A stretch of DNA of 64,000 nucleotides from Actinomycetota bacterium (lineage in GTDB: Bacteria; Actinomycetota; Thermoleophilia; Solirubrobacterales; 70-9), in the NCBI GenBank assembly GCA_046733335.1, contig JBKPOX010000084.1:6911-70910 (forward strand), in the 5' to 3' direction. Positions 19,400 to 28,256 of the stretch are shown here, piece by piece (within the stretch, counting starts at the first letter, position 1; each line of letters starts with the position of its first letter). A program made the position numbers and the translations under genes. Below the pieces are notes generated by a model that worked only from the letters and a program-made list of their open reading frames with translations, was not told the DNA's origin and ran no database searches.

Positions 19400-19492
19400 C
19401 TACTGGCGTTCCTTTCCAAGTTCGGTAGGCCTGGCCCCTGTCCGCCAGGGCCGACGGGTGACGATACCGACAGGGCGTAGACTCGCGACCCG

Positions 19493-20923
19493 ATGAAGGT
19501 CGCGGTGGAGCAGGTTGAGCTGGCCGAAAGCGGCGCCGAGGTCTTGGTCGTAGGGCTCGTCGAGGGCGGGGAACTGCCGTCGACGGTGCGCGATGCCGCC
19601 GGTGCCGACACCGCCCGCTCGGACTTCAAGGAGCTGACGCTGCTGCGCCCGCGCGAGCTGCCGCCGCTGCTGGTCGTCGGGCTGGGCACCCCGGGGGAAC
19701 TCGGTGCCGAGAAGCTGCGGGTCGCCGCCGCCCTCGCTGCCAAGGAGGCGGGGCGCCTGCGGGCGACCTCGGTCGCCTGGGAGCTGCCGGAGCGCCTCGA
19801 GCCCCCGGCCGCAGCCGAGGCTCTGGCGACGGGGACGATCCTCGGCGCCCACCGCTTCGACCGCTTCAAGTCCGCCGAGCCCGAGGACTCGCCGCGGCTG
19901 GACTCGCTGACGCTGGTGGGGCCGGCGGCGGCGGCAGAGGCGGCCGAGCGAGGGCGGATCGCCGCCGAGGCCCAGAACCGCGCCCGGGACCTGCAGAGCA
20001 CCCCTGCCAACGTCGCCACCCCCGGATTCCTCGCCGAGCGGGCGGAGGCGATCGCCGCCCGCTCCGACGCCCTCGGCGTCGAGGTCCTCGGTCGCGCCGA
20101 GCTGGAGGCGAAGGGAATGGGCGGCCTGCTCGCGGTCTCCCAGGGCGGGCCGCAGGAGCCGAAGCTGATCGTCCTCCGCTATGCCGGGGGCGGCGGCGGC
20201 CCGAAGCTCGGCTTCGTCGGCAAGGGCGTGACCTTCGACACCGGCGGCATCTCGCTGAAGCCGGGGGCGGGCATGCACGAGATGAAGATGGACATGTCCG
20301 GCGCCGCCGCCGTCCTCGAGGCGGTCGCGGCCGTCGCCGAGCTCGAGCTGCCGGTCGATCTCCTCGCCGTCGTCCCCTCGACCGAGAACATGCCCTCGGG
20401 AACGGCGGTCAAGCCGGGTGACGTGATCACCCAGTACAACGGCAAGACGGTCGAGGTCAACAACACCGACGCCGAGGGGCGGCTGATCCTCGCCGACGCC
20501 CTCGCCTATGCGGTCGAGCAGGGGGCGGAGCGCCTCGTCGACCTCGCCACCCTGACCGGCGCCGTCGTGATGGCGCTCGGCTCGACCTACGCCGCCGTGA
20601 TCTCGAACGACGACGCGCTCGCCGAGGAGGTCCTCCGCGCCGGCGCGGAGACCGGCGAGCTGACCTGGCGGCTGCCGCTCCACCCGGAGTACAGGGAGCT
20701 GATGCAGGGGACCGTCGCCGACCTCTCCAACCTGGCCAAGAAGCGCAAGGCGGGGACGATCACCGCCGGGGCCTTCCTCGAGGAGTTCGTCGGCGAGACC
20801 CCCTGGGCACACGTCGACATCGCCGGCACCGCCTGGGACGTCGGCCGCGCCTACACCGGCAGCGACGCCAGCGGCTTCGGCGTGCGGCTGCTGGTCGCCC
20901 TCGCTCGCCATCACGCCGCCTAG
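19493..20923 (+). CDS. pepA: leucyl aminopeptidase (M17)
   Basis: VGKGVTFDTGGISLKP, MKMDMSGAA and the NTDAEGRLILADAL signature. Confidence 0.95.
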   Translation: MKVAVEQVELAESGAEVLVVGLVEGGELPSTVRDAAGADTARSDFKELTLLRPRELPPLLVVGLGTPGELGAEKLRVAAALAAKEAGRLRATSVAWELPERLEPPAAAEALATGTILGAHRFDRFKSAEPEDSPRLDSLTLVGPAAAAEAAERGRIAAEAQNRARDLQSTPANVATPGFLAERAEAIAARSDALGVEVLGRAELEAKGMGGLLAVSQGGPQEPKLIVLRYAGGGGGPKLGFVGKGVTFDTGGISLKPGAGMHEMKMDMSGAAAVLEAVAAVAELELPVDLLAVVPSTENMPSGTAVKPGDVITQYNGKTVEVNNTDAEGRLILADALAYAVEQGAERLVDLATLTGAVVMALGSTYAAVISNDDALAEEVLRAGAETGELTWRLPLHPEYRELMQGTVADLSNLAKKRKAGTITAGAFLEEFVGETPWAHVDIAGTAWDVGRAYTGSDASGFGVRLLVALARHHAA

Positions 20924-21495
20924 ACGGCTTCCCCGAGGACCATCAGCGTCGAGGTGCCGTGGGCGAGGAGCTTGCCGCTCTGCGCCTCGGTCAGCGTCGC
21001 CTCGGCGGTGGCCTGCCTGCGACCGCGGTAGAGGACGGTCGCCTCGCAGAGGACGCGGCCGGTGTCGCGGGTGATCGGCCGCACGAACTTCGCCTCGAGC
21101 CCGAGCGAGGTGTAGGCGACGCCGGCGGGGAGCGTGGTGTGGACGGCGCAGCCGAGCGCCGAGTCGAGCAGGGTCGCGGCGTAGCCGCCGTGGACGACCC
21201 CGATCGGGTTGTAGTGCTCCTCGCCGGGCTCCCCCTCGAAGACCACCCTCCCCTCCTCCAGCTCGACCGGGCGCAGCCGCATCGTCACCGCGATCGGCGG
21301 CGGCGGCATCTCCCCCCGAACGACGGCGGTCATGTACTCGAGGCCCGTCATCGTCGCCCCCGCCGCCGCGGTCGGCAGCGGGTCCTGCCAGACCAGGGTG
21401 CGGCTGCGGGAGCTGTCGGGGCTGGAGGCGGCGAAGGCTTCGGCCAGCTCGGCGGCGCTGCCTTCGGGCGCGGAGATCACTCCCTCGCCGCTCAC
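20920..21495 (-). CDS. PaaI/hotdog-fold thioesterase
   Basis: C-terminal ~190 aa of track ORF 20920..22098: LEEGRVVFEGEPGEEHYNPIGVVHGGYAATLLDSALGCAV ... GRRQATAEATL. Start is GTG 21495 or 21480 (uncertain). Confidence 0.75.
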   Translation of the reverse strand: MSGEGVISAPEGSAAELAEAFAASSPDSSRSRTLVWQDPLPTAAAGATMTGLEYMTAVVRGEMPPPPIAVTMRLRPVELEEGRVVFEGEPGEEHYNPIGVVHGGYAATLLDSALGCAVHTTLPAGVAYTSLGLEAKFVRPITRDTGRVLCEATVLYRGRRQATAEATLTEAQSGKLLAHGTSTLMVLGEAV

Positions 21496-21666
21496 CGGAT
21501 CTCGATCCTCCGGTAGGGCGTGGCCCGCCGCGGCTCGCGCGGCGCCGCCGGGTAGTGCAGATCGGCGCTGATCTCCTCCTGGGTGATCGAGATCCGGGAC
21601 CTGCGGTGGCGCTGCTGGTGCCTGTTCCTTGGGATCAGCCTCATGCTTGCCTCCGATCGGCTGTGG

Positions 21667-21732
21667 CTTGGTTGCATCAAGCAACTGATCTGACGCGAGA
21701 CTACCCGAAGCGAGTTGCTTGATGCAACCAAG
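21667..21732. promoter_or_regulatory. 20-bp perfect inverted repeat with 26-nt spacer in the thioesterase/hxlR divergent region
   Basis: CTTGGTTGCATCAAGCAACT (21667-21686) is the exact reverse complement of 21713-21732. It overlaps the longest possible (TTG 21715) start of the HxlR gene. Confidence 0.8.
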
Positions 21733-21750
21733 TGTGCGAAGATCACACTC

Positions 21751-22236
21751 GTGCTGCGTCGCGACTACCCCGGACTGGACTGCTCGGTGGCGAAGGCCCT
21801 CGAGGTGATCGGCGAGCGCTGGTCGCTGCTGATCGTCCGCGCGGTCATGCACGGCAACCGCCGCTTCGGCGAGATGCAGGAGTCGCTCGGCATCGCCCGC
21901 AACGTCCTCTCCACGCGCCTGGAGCGCCTGGTCGAGGAGGAGATCCTCGAGCGCCGCGCCTACTCGGAAAGCCCGCCCCGCCACGAATACTTCCTCACCG
22001 AGAAGGGCCTCGACCTCTGGCCGGCGCTGATCGCCCTCCTGCACTGGGGCGAGCGCTACTCGCCCGACCCCGCCGGCCCGCGACGCCTGATCGTCCACAA
22101 GGAGTGCGGAGGCAAGGTCAGCGAGCGCGGCACCTGCGAGAGCTGCGGCAAGGTGCTGACCGCTCGCGACGCCAAGCAGGTGCCCGGGCCGGGCGCGAAG
22201 GTGACGGCCGAGGCGGCCGGCGCCGCGGCGGACTAA
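21751..22236 (+). CDS. HxlR family transcriptional regulator
   Basis: CSVAKALEVIGERWSLLIVRAVMHGNRRFGEMQESLGIARNVLSTRLERLVEEEILERR...YFLTEKG. GTG 21751 is preferred over TTG 21715, which lies inside the inverted repeat. Confidence 0.85.
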   Translation: MLRRDYPGLDCSVAKALEVIGERWSLLIVRAVMHGNRRFGEMQESLGIARNVLSTRLERLVEEEILERRAYSESPPRHEYFLTEKGLDLWPALIALLHWGERYSPDPAGPRRLIVHKECGGKVSERGTCESCGKVLTARDAKQVPGPGAKVTAEAAGAAAD

Positions 22237-22760
22237 CCGTCAGCGTCTTCTTCTTCCCGGCGGCGGAGCTCATCGGCGAGCACCACGTACTCCTCGAGCA
22301 TGTTCCGGTCCTTCGGACGGTTTGCCGCGCGCTTCATCGCAATCAGGTGATCCAGCGAGGCAACCCGCACTGACAACCCGAACACCTCTTTCTCCTCAGA
22401 CGCCGCAGCGAGTTCGTCATAGGAACGGATCCCCCTTATGTCGGCAAGCACGTCGAAATCGCCAAAAGGCGTGACGAAGGTGAAGTTGGCGCCATTTTCG
22501 ATGGTCTGCTCGTCGAGCTGGAATGGCTGGTCTGCGGGTGCTCCCCGGAGACGTACACCGATCTCTTTCAATGCCGAGACCAGGCGCTTCACATTTCCCT
22601 TGTCTCGCGAATAGGCCACATCCAGGTCGAAGCTCGGATAGTTGGAGCCGCGAGCGATTCCAGCCATCCCTCCGACCAGGACGAAATCCACGTTGTGACT
22701 TACCAGGGGTCCCAGGAGGCTCCGAAGGTCCGGCGCTTTCGGGGGCAGCATCTCCTCCAT
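22233..22760 (-). CDS. Pol-beta-superfamily nucleotidyltransferase-fold protein (DUF2204/DUF6036-like), putative toxin-type partner
   Basis: VGGMAGIARGSNYPSFDLDV matches G[SG]-x(9-13)-DxD, with a later acidic FDVLAD. ATG 22760 shares 1 nt with the stop of the upstream XRE gene (TGATG). Visibly lower GC than the neighbours. Confidence 0.55.
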   Translation of the reverse strand: MEEMLPPKAPDLRSLLGPLVSHNVDFVLVGGMAGIARGSNYPSFDLDVAYSRDKGNVKRLVSALKEIGVRLRGAPADQPFQLDEQTIENGANFTFVTPFGDFDVLADIRGIRSYDELAAASEEKEVFGLSVRVASLDHLIAMKRAANRPKDRNMLEEYVVLADELRRREEEDADG

Positions 22761-23098
22761 CAGGATCGCCACGTCTTCCGCTTCGGCGTTGGGCTCATCT
22801 CGATCACCTGGTTTGCGAATGCAATCCCGTAATCAAGGCGCTCCTCCTCACTCATCCGCAGGCGCTCATCGATCAGCGTGCGGTCAATCCCTGCATCACG
22901 CTGCTGGGAGCTCAGCACCAGGTCCTCTCCCATCAGATACAGCAGCTCGGTGAGGGTCTGCACGGTCGGTGAGACCCGTTCCTGCTCGATTCGCGAGATC
23001 GCCGATTGGGTGGTGCCCACCCGCCTTGCCAGCCGCTCCTGGCTGAGCCCGTGTCGAAGTCTGGCAGCGCGGATCAGCTGTCCTGGTTCTAGAGCCAT
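22760..23098 (-). CDS. XRE-family HTH protein, putative antitoxin-type partner
   Basis: LIRAARLRHGLSQERLARRVGTTQSAISRIEQERVSPTVQTL. TATAAT (minus strand, 23116-23111) lies 12 nt upstream of the ATG in an AT-rich patch. Confidence 0.8.
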   Translation of the reverse strand: MALEPGQLIRAARLRHGLSQERLARRVGTTQSAISRIEQERVSPTVQTLTELLYLMGEDLVLSSQQRDAGIDRTLIDERLRMSEEERLDYGIAFANQVIEMSPTPKRKTWRS

Positions 23099-23179
23099 AG
23101 CATATATATGATTATAGCCTAAGTGCGATCAAGGCTGGATCCGCTAGCTTTCGAGAGCAACGGCAACGGGAGGAGCGGG

Positions 23180-24616
23180 ATGGCGGCGGCGGCAGAGCTT
23201 CAGGTCAGGGACAGGATCTTCATCGGCGGCGAGTGGGTGGAGCCGAGCGGCGGCGAGGCGATCGAGGTGGTGAACGCGACCACCGAGGAGGTGATGGGTT
23301 CGGTTCCGGCCTGCTCTCCCGAGGACGCCGATCGCGCCGTCGGCGCCGCCCGCGAGGCCTTCGAGAGCTGGTCGCAGAGCTCGCACGCGGAGCGCGCCGA
23401 GCATCTCCAGGCGATCGCGACCGGCCTGATCGAGCGGTCGGAGGAGATGGCGGCGACGATCACCCAGGAGCTGGGGATGCCGCTGAAGCTGAGCCAGATC
23501 ATCCAGGTCGGGCTGCCCACCTCCCAGTTCGGGGCGATGCCGCGGCTGATGGAGGAGGTCCAGTGGGAGGAGGAGATCGGCAACTCGCGGGTGATGCGCG
23601 AGCCAGTCGGGGTGCTCGGCGCGATCACCCCCTGGAACTACCCGCTGAACCAGATCGCCGCCAAGGTCGCCCCCGCCCTCGCCGCCGGCTGCACGGTGGT
23701 GCTGAAGCCGAGCGAGGTGACCCCGCTGAACGCCTTCCTCCTCGCCGAGGTGATCGAGGCCGCGGGCCTGCCGCCCGGCGTCTTCAACCTCGTCACCGGA
23801 ACCGGCCCGGTCGTCGGCGAGGCGATCGCCGCCCACCCCGGCGTCGACATGGTCTCCTTCACCGGCTCGACCCGCGCGGGCCGGCGGGTCAGCGAGCTCG
23901 CCTCGGCGACGGTGAAGCCGGTGGCGATGGAGCTCGGCGGCAAGTCGCCGAACGTGATCCTCGACGACGCCGACCTCGAGAAGGCCGTGCCCGACGGGGT
24001 CGCGAAGTGCTTCCTCAATTCGGGCCAGACCTGCAGCGCCCTCACCCGGATGCTGGTCCCGCGCCAGCGGCTCGCGGAGGCCGAGGAGCTGGCCAAGGCG
24101 GCGGCCGAGGGGTTCACCCTTGGGGATCCCTTCGATTCCTCGACCCGGCTCGGGCCGCTCGTCTCCGATGCGCAGCGCGAGCGCGTCCGCGGCTACATCC
24201 GCAAGGGCGAGGAGGAGGGAGCGCGGCTGATCACGGGCGGGGCGGAGCCGCCCGCGACCCTCGACCGCGGCTACTTCGTGCGGCCCACCGTCTTCTCCGA
24301 GGTGACGCCAGAGATGACGATCGGCCAGGAGGAGATCTTCGGCCCGGTGCTGGCGATCCAGCCCTACGAGGGCGAGGACGACGCCGTGCGCATCGCCAAC
24401 TCGACGCAGTACGGGCTGGCCGGCGGCGTCTGGTCGGCCGACACCGACCGCGCCATCGCCGTCGCCAAGCGCATCCGCACCGGTCAGATCGAGATCAACG
24501 GCGGCGCCTTCAACCCCCTGGCTCCCTTCGGCGGCTACGGCCAGTCCGGCCACGGCCGCGAGAACGGCCGCTACGGGATCGAGGAGCTGCTCCAGGTCAA
24601 GAGCCTGCAGCTCTGA
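23180..24616 (+). CDS. NAD(P)-dependent aldehyde dehydrogenase
   Basis: [26 protein letters not shown] (catalytic Glu), [10 protein letters not shown] (catalytic Cys), EEIFGPV. ATG 23180 has GGGAGGAG upstream. Confidence 0.95.
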   Translation: MAAAAELQVRDRIFIGGEWVEPSGGEAIEVVNATTEEVMGSVPACSPEDADRAVGAAREAFESWSQSSHAERAEHLQAIATGLIERSEEMAATITQELGMPLKLSQIIQVGLPTSQFGAMPRLMEEVQWEEEIGNSRVMREPVGVLGAITPWNYPLNQIAAKVAPALAAGCTVVLKPSEVTPLNAFLLAEVIEAAGLPPGVFNLVTGTGPVVGEAIAAHPGVDMVSFTGSTRAGRRVSELASATVKPVAMELGGKSPNVILDDADLEKAVPDGVAKCFLNSGQTCSALTRMLVPRQRLAEAEELAKAAAEGFTLGDPFDSSTRLGPLVSDAQRERVRGYIRKGEEEGARLITGGAEPPATLDRGYFVRPTVFSEVTPEMTIGQEEIFGPVLAIQPYEGEDDAVRIANSTQYGLAGGVWSADTDRAIAVAKRIRTGQIEINGGAFNPLAPFGGYGQSGHGRENGRYGIEELLQVKSLQL

Positions 24617-24658
24617 GATCAGGCGTTCTCGACGGGGAAATCCGTCTACGAGCGGGGA

Positions 24659-25705
24659 CTACGGCGGTGGTGGCAGATAGTCGTTGGTGAGCAGTCGGGA
24701 GACCGGGATCTGGCGCTCGAGCATCCCCTCCTCGTGCATCCAGCGGATGAGGGCGCTCGCCTTGCCTCGATCCATGCGGCCGGTCTTCGAGACGAGCGGC
24801 AGCGTCGCCTCGAGCTGGGCTTCGGTCACCTTCGGGTTGTCCCTTGAATCCGGTTCGTCGGCGCCCGTCATGAACTGCGCCGCGGCTTCGGGATCGTCCA
24901 GCGCGGCCGCGGTGGCACGGTGGACGGCCGTCATGAAGTCGCGTACCAAGGCAGGTCTCTTCGCGAGGAGGTCCCTGCGAGCGATCACCACGAGTTCTTC
25001 ATAGCTCGGCGAGCCCAGCGATTGCACCCGGCGGATAACGGGGCTGGCGCCTCGCTCTTCGAGTGTGACGCCCTCGAGATTCCATGAGCCGCCGAAGCTG
25101 GCGTCGATCCTCCCACTCAGAAGCGCCGGCATGAGGTTGTAGCCGAGCGCTTCGACGCGCACGTCTTCAAGAGAGAGCCCGGCATTCGCGAGCGCGCTGG
25201 CGAGAAAGCGCTTTTGGTATCGCAGGCCGGGGATGCCGATCGTCTTCCCCTTCAGGTCGCCGAGGGTGTGGAGCTTCGACCTCTTCAGCCAGATCAGCGC
25301 CGCGGTCGGTTGCGAGAGAAGGCTTCCTATGGCGACGATCGGCGCCCCCCTCTCCTTCGCGATCGCGACCTGCGGCAGCTGCGCCACCCCGAATGTGTCG
25401 GTCCCGTCGCTCACGTATCTCACCGGCCGATTCGGCTGAGCCGGTACGGCGACCCAGGGGTTCCTGCCGACCTCATCGAAGAAGCCCCCCGCTGTGGCGG
25501 CCACGATGCCGAGATCCGACGGGCTTTCCCACCCCTCCGTCGTCACTTTCGCGTCCGGTGGCCGCGTCGACGGTTCGGTCACTTTCGCGTCCGGCGGCCC
25601 CGTCGGCGGCTCGGCTGCCTCCTGCTTCGGCTTCGACTGGTCGCCGCACCCGATCGCGAAGGCGGCGACCAACATGAGGCACACCGGCCACCATCTGCTT
25701 CTCAT
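24659..25705 (-). CDS. ABC-type substrate-binding lipoprotein (NMT1/THI5/SsuA-like), orphan
   Basis: Lipobox LVAAFAIGCG, then a Pro-rich linker with the duplication PPDAKVTEPSTRPPDAKVT, then an NMT1-like fold pattern. No permease or ATPase gene is adjacent. Confidence 0.7.
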   Translation of the reverse strand: MRSRWWPVCLMLVAAFAIGCGDQSKPKQEAAEPPTGPPDAKVTEPSTRPPDAKVTTEGWESPSDLGIVAATAGGFFDEVGRNPWVAVPAQPNRPVRYVSDGTDTFGVAQLPQVAIAKERGAPIVAIGSLLSQPTAALIWLKRSKLHTLGDLKGKTIGIPGLRYQKRFLASALANAGLSLEDVRVEALGYNLMPALLSGRIDASFGGSWNLEGVTLEERGASPVIRRVQSLGSPSYEELVVIARRDLLAKRPALVRDFMTAVHRATAAALDDPEAAAQFMTGADEPDSRDNPKVTEAQLEATLPLVSKTGRMDRGKASALIRWMHEEGMLERQIPVSRLLTNDYLPPPP

Positions 25706-25724
25706 TAATAAAAGAATCTAGCGC

Positions 25725-26132
25725 TTACTGAGGAATCGACGGAGTGGCGGTTATCCCGCCTTCCTCGCGCCCGGCAACCGCAGCTGCGCGCCCGACCCTC
25801 TCGCCGATGCCGTAGTGGGCGCAGATCGCCAGCTCGTGCTCGCGGCGCAGCGGCCGGCTCGGGTCGACGACCGGGGCGCTGCGGATCGCATCGCCCTCCT
25901 GGGCCACCCAGACGCCGAAGGGGGCGCCGGCGCAGCTGGAGAAGGGGACGGCGACGACGCGGGCGCGGCGGCGGCGCCCGAGGCGGGCGATCAACCAGGC
26001 GGGCTCGCCCCCCTCGGCATCGACGAAGAGCCCCTGCACCAGTCCGATCGCGGTGCCGCCGAGGGCGGCGACGTCGGCGCCGAGCCAGTCGCTCGCCTCG
26101 GCCGCCGAGACCCGGCGGGCCTCCTCAGCCAT
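25725..26132 (-). CDS. PRC-barrel domain protein
   Basis: 135 aa. LGGTAIGLVQGLFVDAEGGEPAWLIARLG...VAVPF resembles PRC-barrel proteins. Overlaps the meaB stop by 8 nt. Confidence 0.5.
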   Translation of the reverse strand: MAEEARRVSAAEASDWLGADVAALGGTAIGLVQGLFVDAEGGEPAWLIARLGRRRRARVVAVPFSSCAGAPFGVWVAQEGDAIRSAPVVDPSRPLRREHELAICAHYGIGERVGRAAAVAGREEGGITATPSIPQ

Positions 26133-27087
26133 CGACGTGCTTCTCCAGCAGCTGGCTGGCGGCGGTGGCGGGGTCGAGCTCGCGCCGGACGACGCGCTCC
26201 AGCAGCTCGGCCGTCGCCGGGTCGGCGGAGACGGTCTGCTCGAGCCGGCGCCGCATCCGCGAGGCGGCGATGCCGAGCACCTCGCTGCGCAGGTTGCGGG
26301 CGCGGCGCTCGGCCAGCGTCCCCCGCTCCTCGATGAAGGCGCGGTGCTCGTCGATCCTCGCCGCCAGCTCCTCGACGCCCTCGCCCCGCGCCGCCTCGGT
26401 CCGCAGGATCGGCACCTTCCACCCCGCGGGATCGTGCGAGAGGGCGAGGACGCCGCGGACCTCCCGCACCATCGTGTCGGTCATCGGGTGGTCTGCCTTG
26501 TTGACGACGATGACGTCGGGGATCTCCATCACCCCCGCCTTCAGCGCCTGGATCGAGTCGCCGGAGCCCGGCATCAGCGCCAGCACGATCGTGTCGGCGT
26601 GGTCGACGATGTCGATCTCGGCCTGACCGACGCCGACGGTCTCGATCAGAACGTCGTCTTTGCCGGCCGCGTCCATGATCAGCGCCACCTGCAGCGCCGC
26701 CTCGGAGAGGCCGCCTAGGGCGCCGCGCGAGGCCATCGAGCGGATGAAGACGCCGGCGTCGAGGAAGTGCTCGGTGAGCCGGATCCGGTCGCCGAGCAGG
26801 GCGCCGCGGGTGAAGGGGCTCGAGGGGTCGATCGAGAGCACCGCCACCTCGCGCTCGGCCTTGCGCAGCTCCGCGGTCAGCGCCCCGATCAGGGTGCTCT
26901 TGCCGACCCCCGGCGGCCCGGTGAAGCCGACGATCCGCGCCTGGCCGGTGCGCGGGTAGACCTCGCGCACGAGCTCCCAGCCCGCCGGGTCGTCGGACTC
27001 GATCAGGGTGATCGCCCGCGCCAGGGCCCGCTTTTCGCCGGCGAGGAGGCGCTCAGCCAGGGGGGCGGTTTTCGCGGCGTCGGCCAA
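26125..27087 (-). CDS. meaB: methylmalonyl-CoA mutase-associated GTPase
   Basis: GFTGPPGVGKSTLI (P-loop), LSIDPSSPFTRGALLGDRIR, ETVGVGQ, VVNKAD (NKxD). Confidence 0.9.
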   Translation of the reverse strand: MADAAKTAPLAERLLAGEKRALARAITLIESDDPAGWELVREVYPRTGQARIVGFTGPPGVGKSTLIGALTAELRKAEREVAVLSIDPSSPFTRGALLGDRIRLTEHFLDAGVFIRSMASRGALGGLSEAALQVALIMDAAGKDDVLIETVGVGQAEIDIVDHADTIVLALMPGSGDSIQALKAGVMEIPDVIVVNKADHPMTDTMVREVRGVLALSHDPAGWKVPILRTEAARGEGVEELAARIDEHRAFIEERGTLAERRARNLRSEVLGIAASRMRRRLEQTVSADPATAELLERVVRRELDPATAASQLLEKHVDG

Positions 27088-27141
27088 GGGCGAGTGAGTC
27101 TAAGAGTTCGTCCCCCGGACGCCCTCTAAAGTTGCCCCGCC

Positions 27142-27807
27142 GTGCTGCGCTTCCTGGCCCGCAACCGGATGCTCACCCCGCGCTACGCGCGGCTCCTCTG
27201 GCGCTACATCTGGCGCCGGGTCCTCACCGCGGCCGGCCGGCGCTGGCGCTCGGAGGGCCCGTTCTTCCTCGGCCGGCGGCTCGAACTGCGGATCGACCGC
27301 CGCGGCCAGCTGCGCTTCGGCCGCTTCGTCTGGATCGGCGACGGGACCAAGATCCGCTGCCACGAGGGGCTGGTCGAGATCGGCGCCAAGACCGTGATCG
27401 GCCAGGAGTGCACGATCTCCGCCTACCAGCACGTCCGGATCGGCGAGCAGTGCGTGATCGCCGACCGGGCGATGTTCATCGACTTCGACCACGGCGTCGT
27501 CGAGGTCGAGCGCCCGATCCGGCTGCAGGGCATCTACAAGCGCGACGTCGAGGTCGGCAACAACGTCTGGATCGGCTACGGCGCCTGCGTCCTGCGCGGC
27601 GTCAGCGTCGGCGACAACGCGGTGATCGGCACCAACGCGGTGGTGACCAAGGACGTCCCGGCCAACGCGGTCGTCGGCGGCATCCCGGCCCGGATCATCC
27701 GCATGCGCGAGGCGCCGCAGGAGCTGCGCTGGGAGCGCCCGGTCGAGCCCGACCCGGAGGCGTGGACGACGCTGCAGCCGCCGGAGCCGGCGGCGACCCG
27801 GTCCTAG
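27142..27807 (+). CDS. hexapeptide-repeat (LbH) acyl/acetyltransferase
   Basis: Repeated [LIV]G motifs: IGQECTISAYQHVRIGEQCVIADRAMF...VGNNVWIGYGACVLRGVSVGDNAVIGTNAVVTKDVPANAVVGGIPAR. Confidence 0.85.
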   Translation: MLRFLARNRMLTPRYARLLWRYIWRRVLTAAGRRWRSEGPFFLGRRLELRIDRRGQLRFGRFVWIGDGTKIRCHEGLVEIGAKTVIGQECTISAYQHVRIGEQCVIADRAMFIDFDHGVVEVERPIRLQGIYKRDVEVGNNVWIGYGACVLRGVSVGDNAVIGTNAVVTKDVPANAVVGGIPARIIRMREAPQELRWERPVEPDPEAWTTLQPPEPAATRS

Positions 27808-27925
27808 TCCGGCAGGTCGCCGGGGCCACCCGGCTGCGCGAAAGCCTTTGTCTGCAATAAGTCTGTCATCTTTGCTTTGTAGTGTCAGGCACCGCATGAG
27901 TTGCTGCCGGAAAGCTCCTCCCTGC

Positions 27926-28246
27926 ATGTCCCGCGACGGAAGAATCCGGTCCGAGGCGGTGGCCGTCAAGTTCGGCCGCAACCTCTGGCGCTGTCGGCGC
28001 CGCGCCTCCCTCTCCCAGGAAGAGCTCGGGGCCCGCGCCTCGCTGCACCGAACCGAGATCGGGATGCTCGAGCAGGGGACCCGGCTCGCCCGGGTCGACA
28101 CGCTGATGAAGCTCGCCGGCGCCCTCTCGATCTCGCCGATCGAGCTGCTCGAGGGCATCCACTGGAGCCCGGGGGCCAGCTCCGATGGCGCCTTCGCGAT
28201 CAGCGAGCGGACGTTGCCGCGGCGGCGGCGCGACGACTGCGAATAG
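27926..28246 (+). CDS. XRE-family HTH regulator
   Basis: FGRNLWRCRRRASLSQEELGARASLHRTEIGMLEQGTRLARVDTLMKLAGAL. Start is uncertain (ATG 27926 or earlier). Confidence 0.7.
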   Translation: MSRDGRIRSEAVAVKFGRNLWRCRRRASLSQEELGARASLHRTEIGMLEQGTRLARVDTLMKLAGALSISPIELLEGIHWSPGASSDGAFAISERTLPRRRRDDCE

Positions 28247-28256
28247 CCCCCTCCGG

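Noticed and set aside
25535-25610. Imperfect ~36-nt tandem duplication inside the substrate-binding lipoprotein gene (protein PPDAKVTEPSTRPPDAKVT).
   Set aside because: It is a simple in-frame duplication in a disordered post-lipobox linker. This is common and of no evident functional significance.
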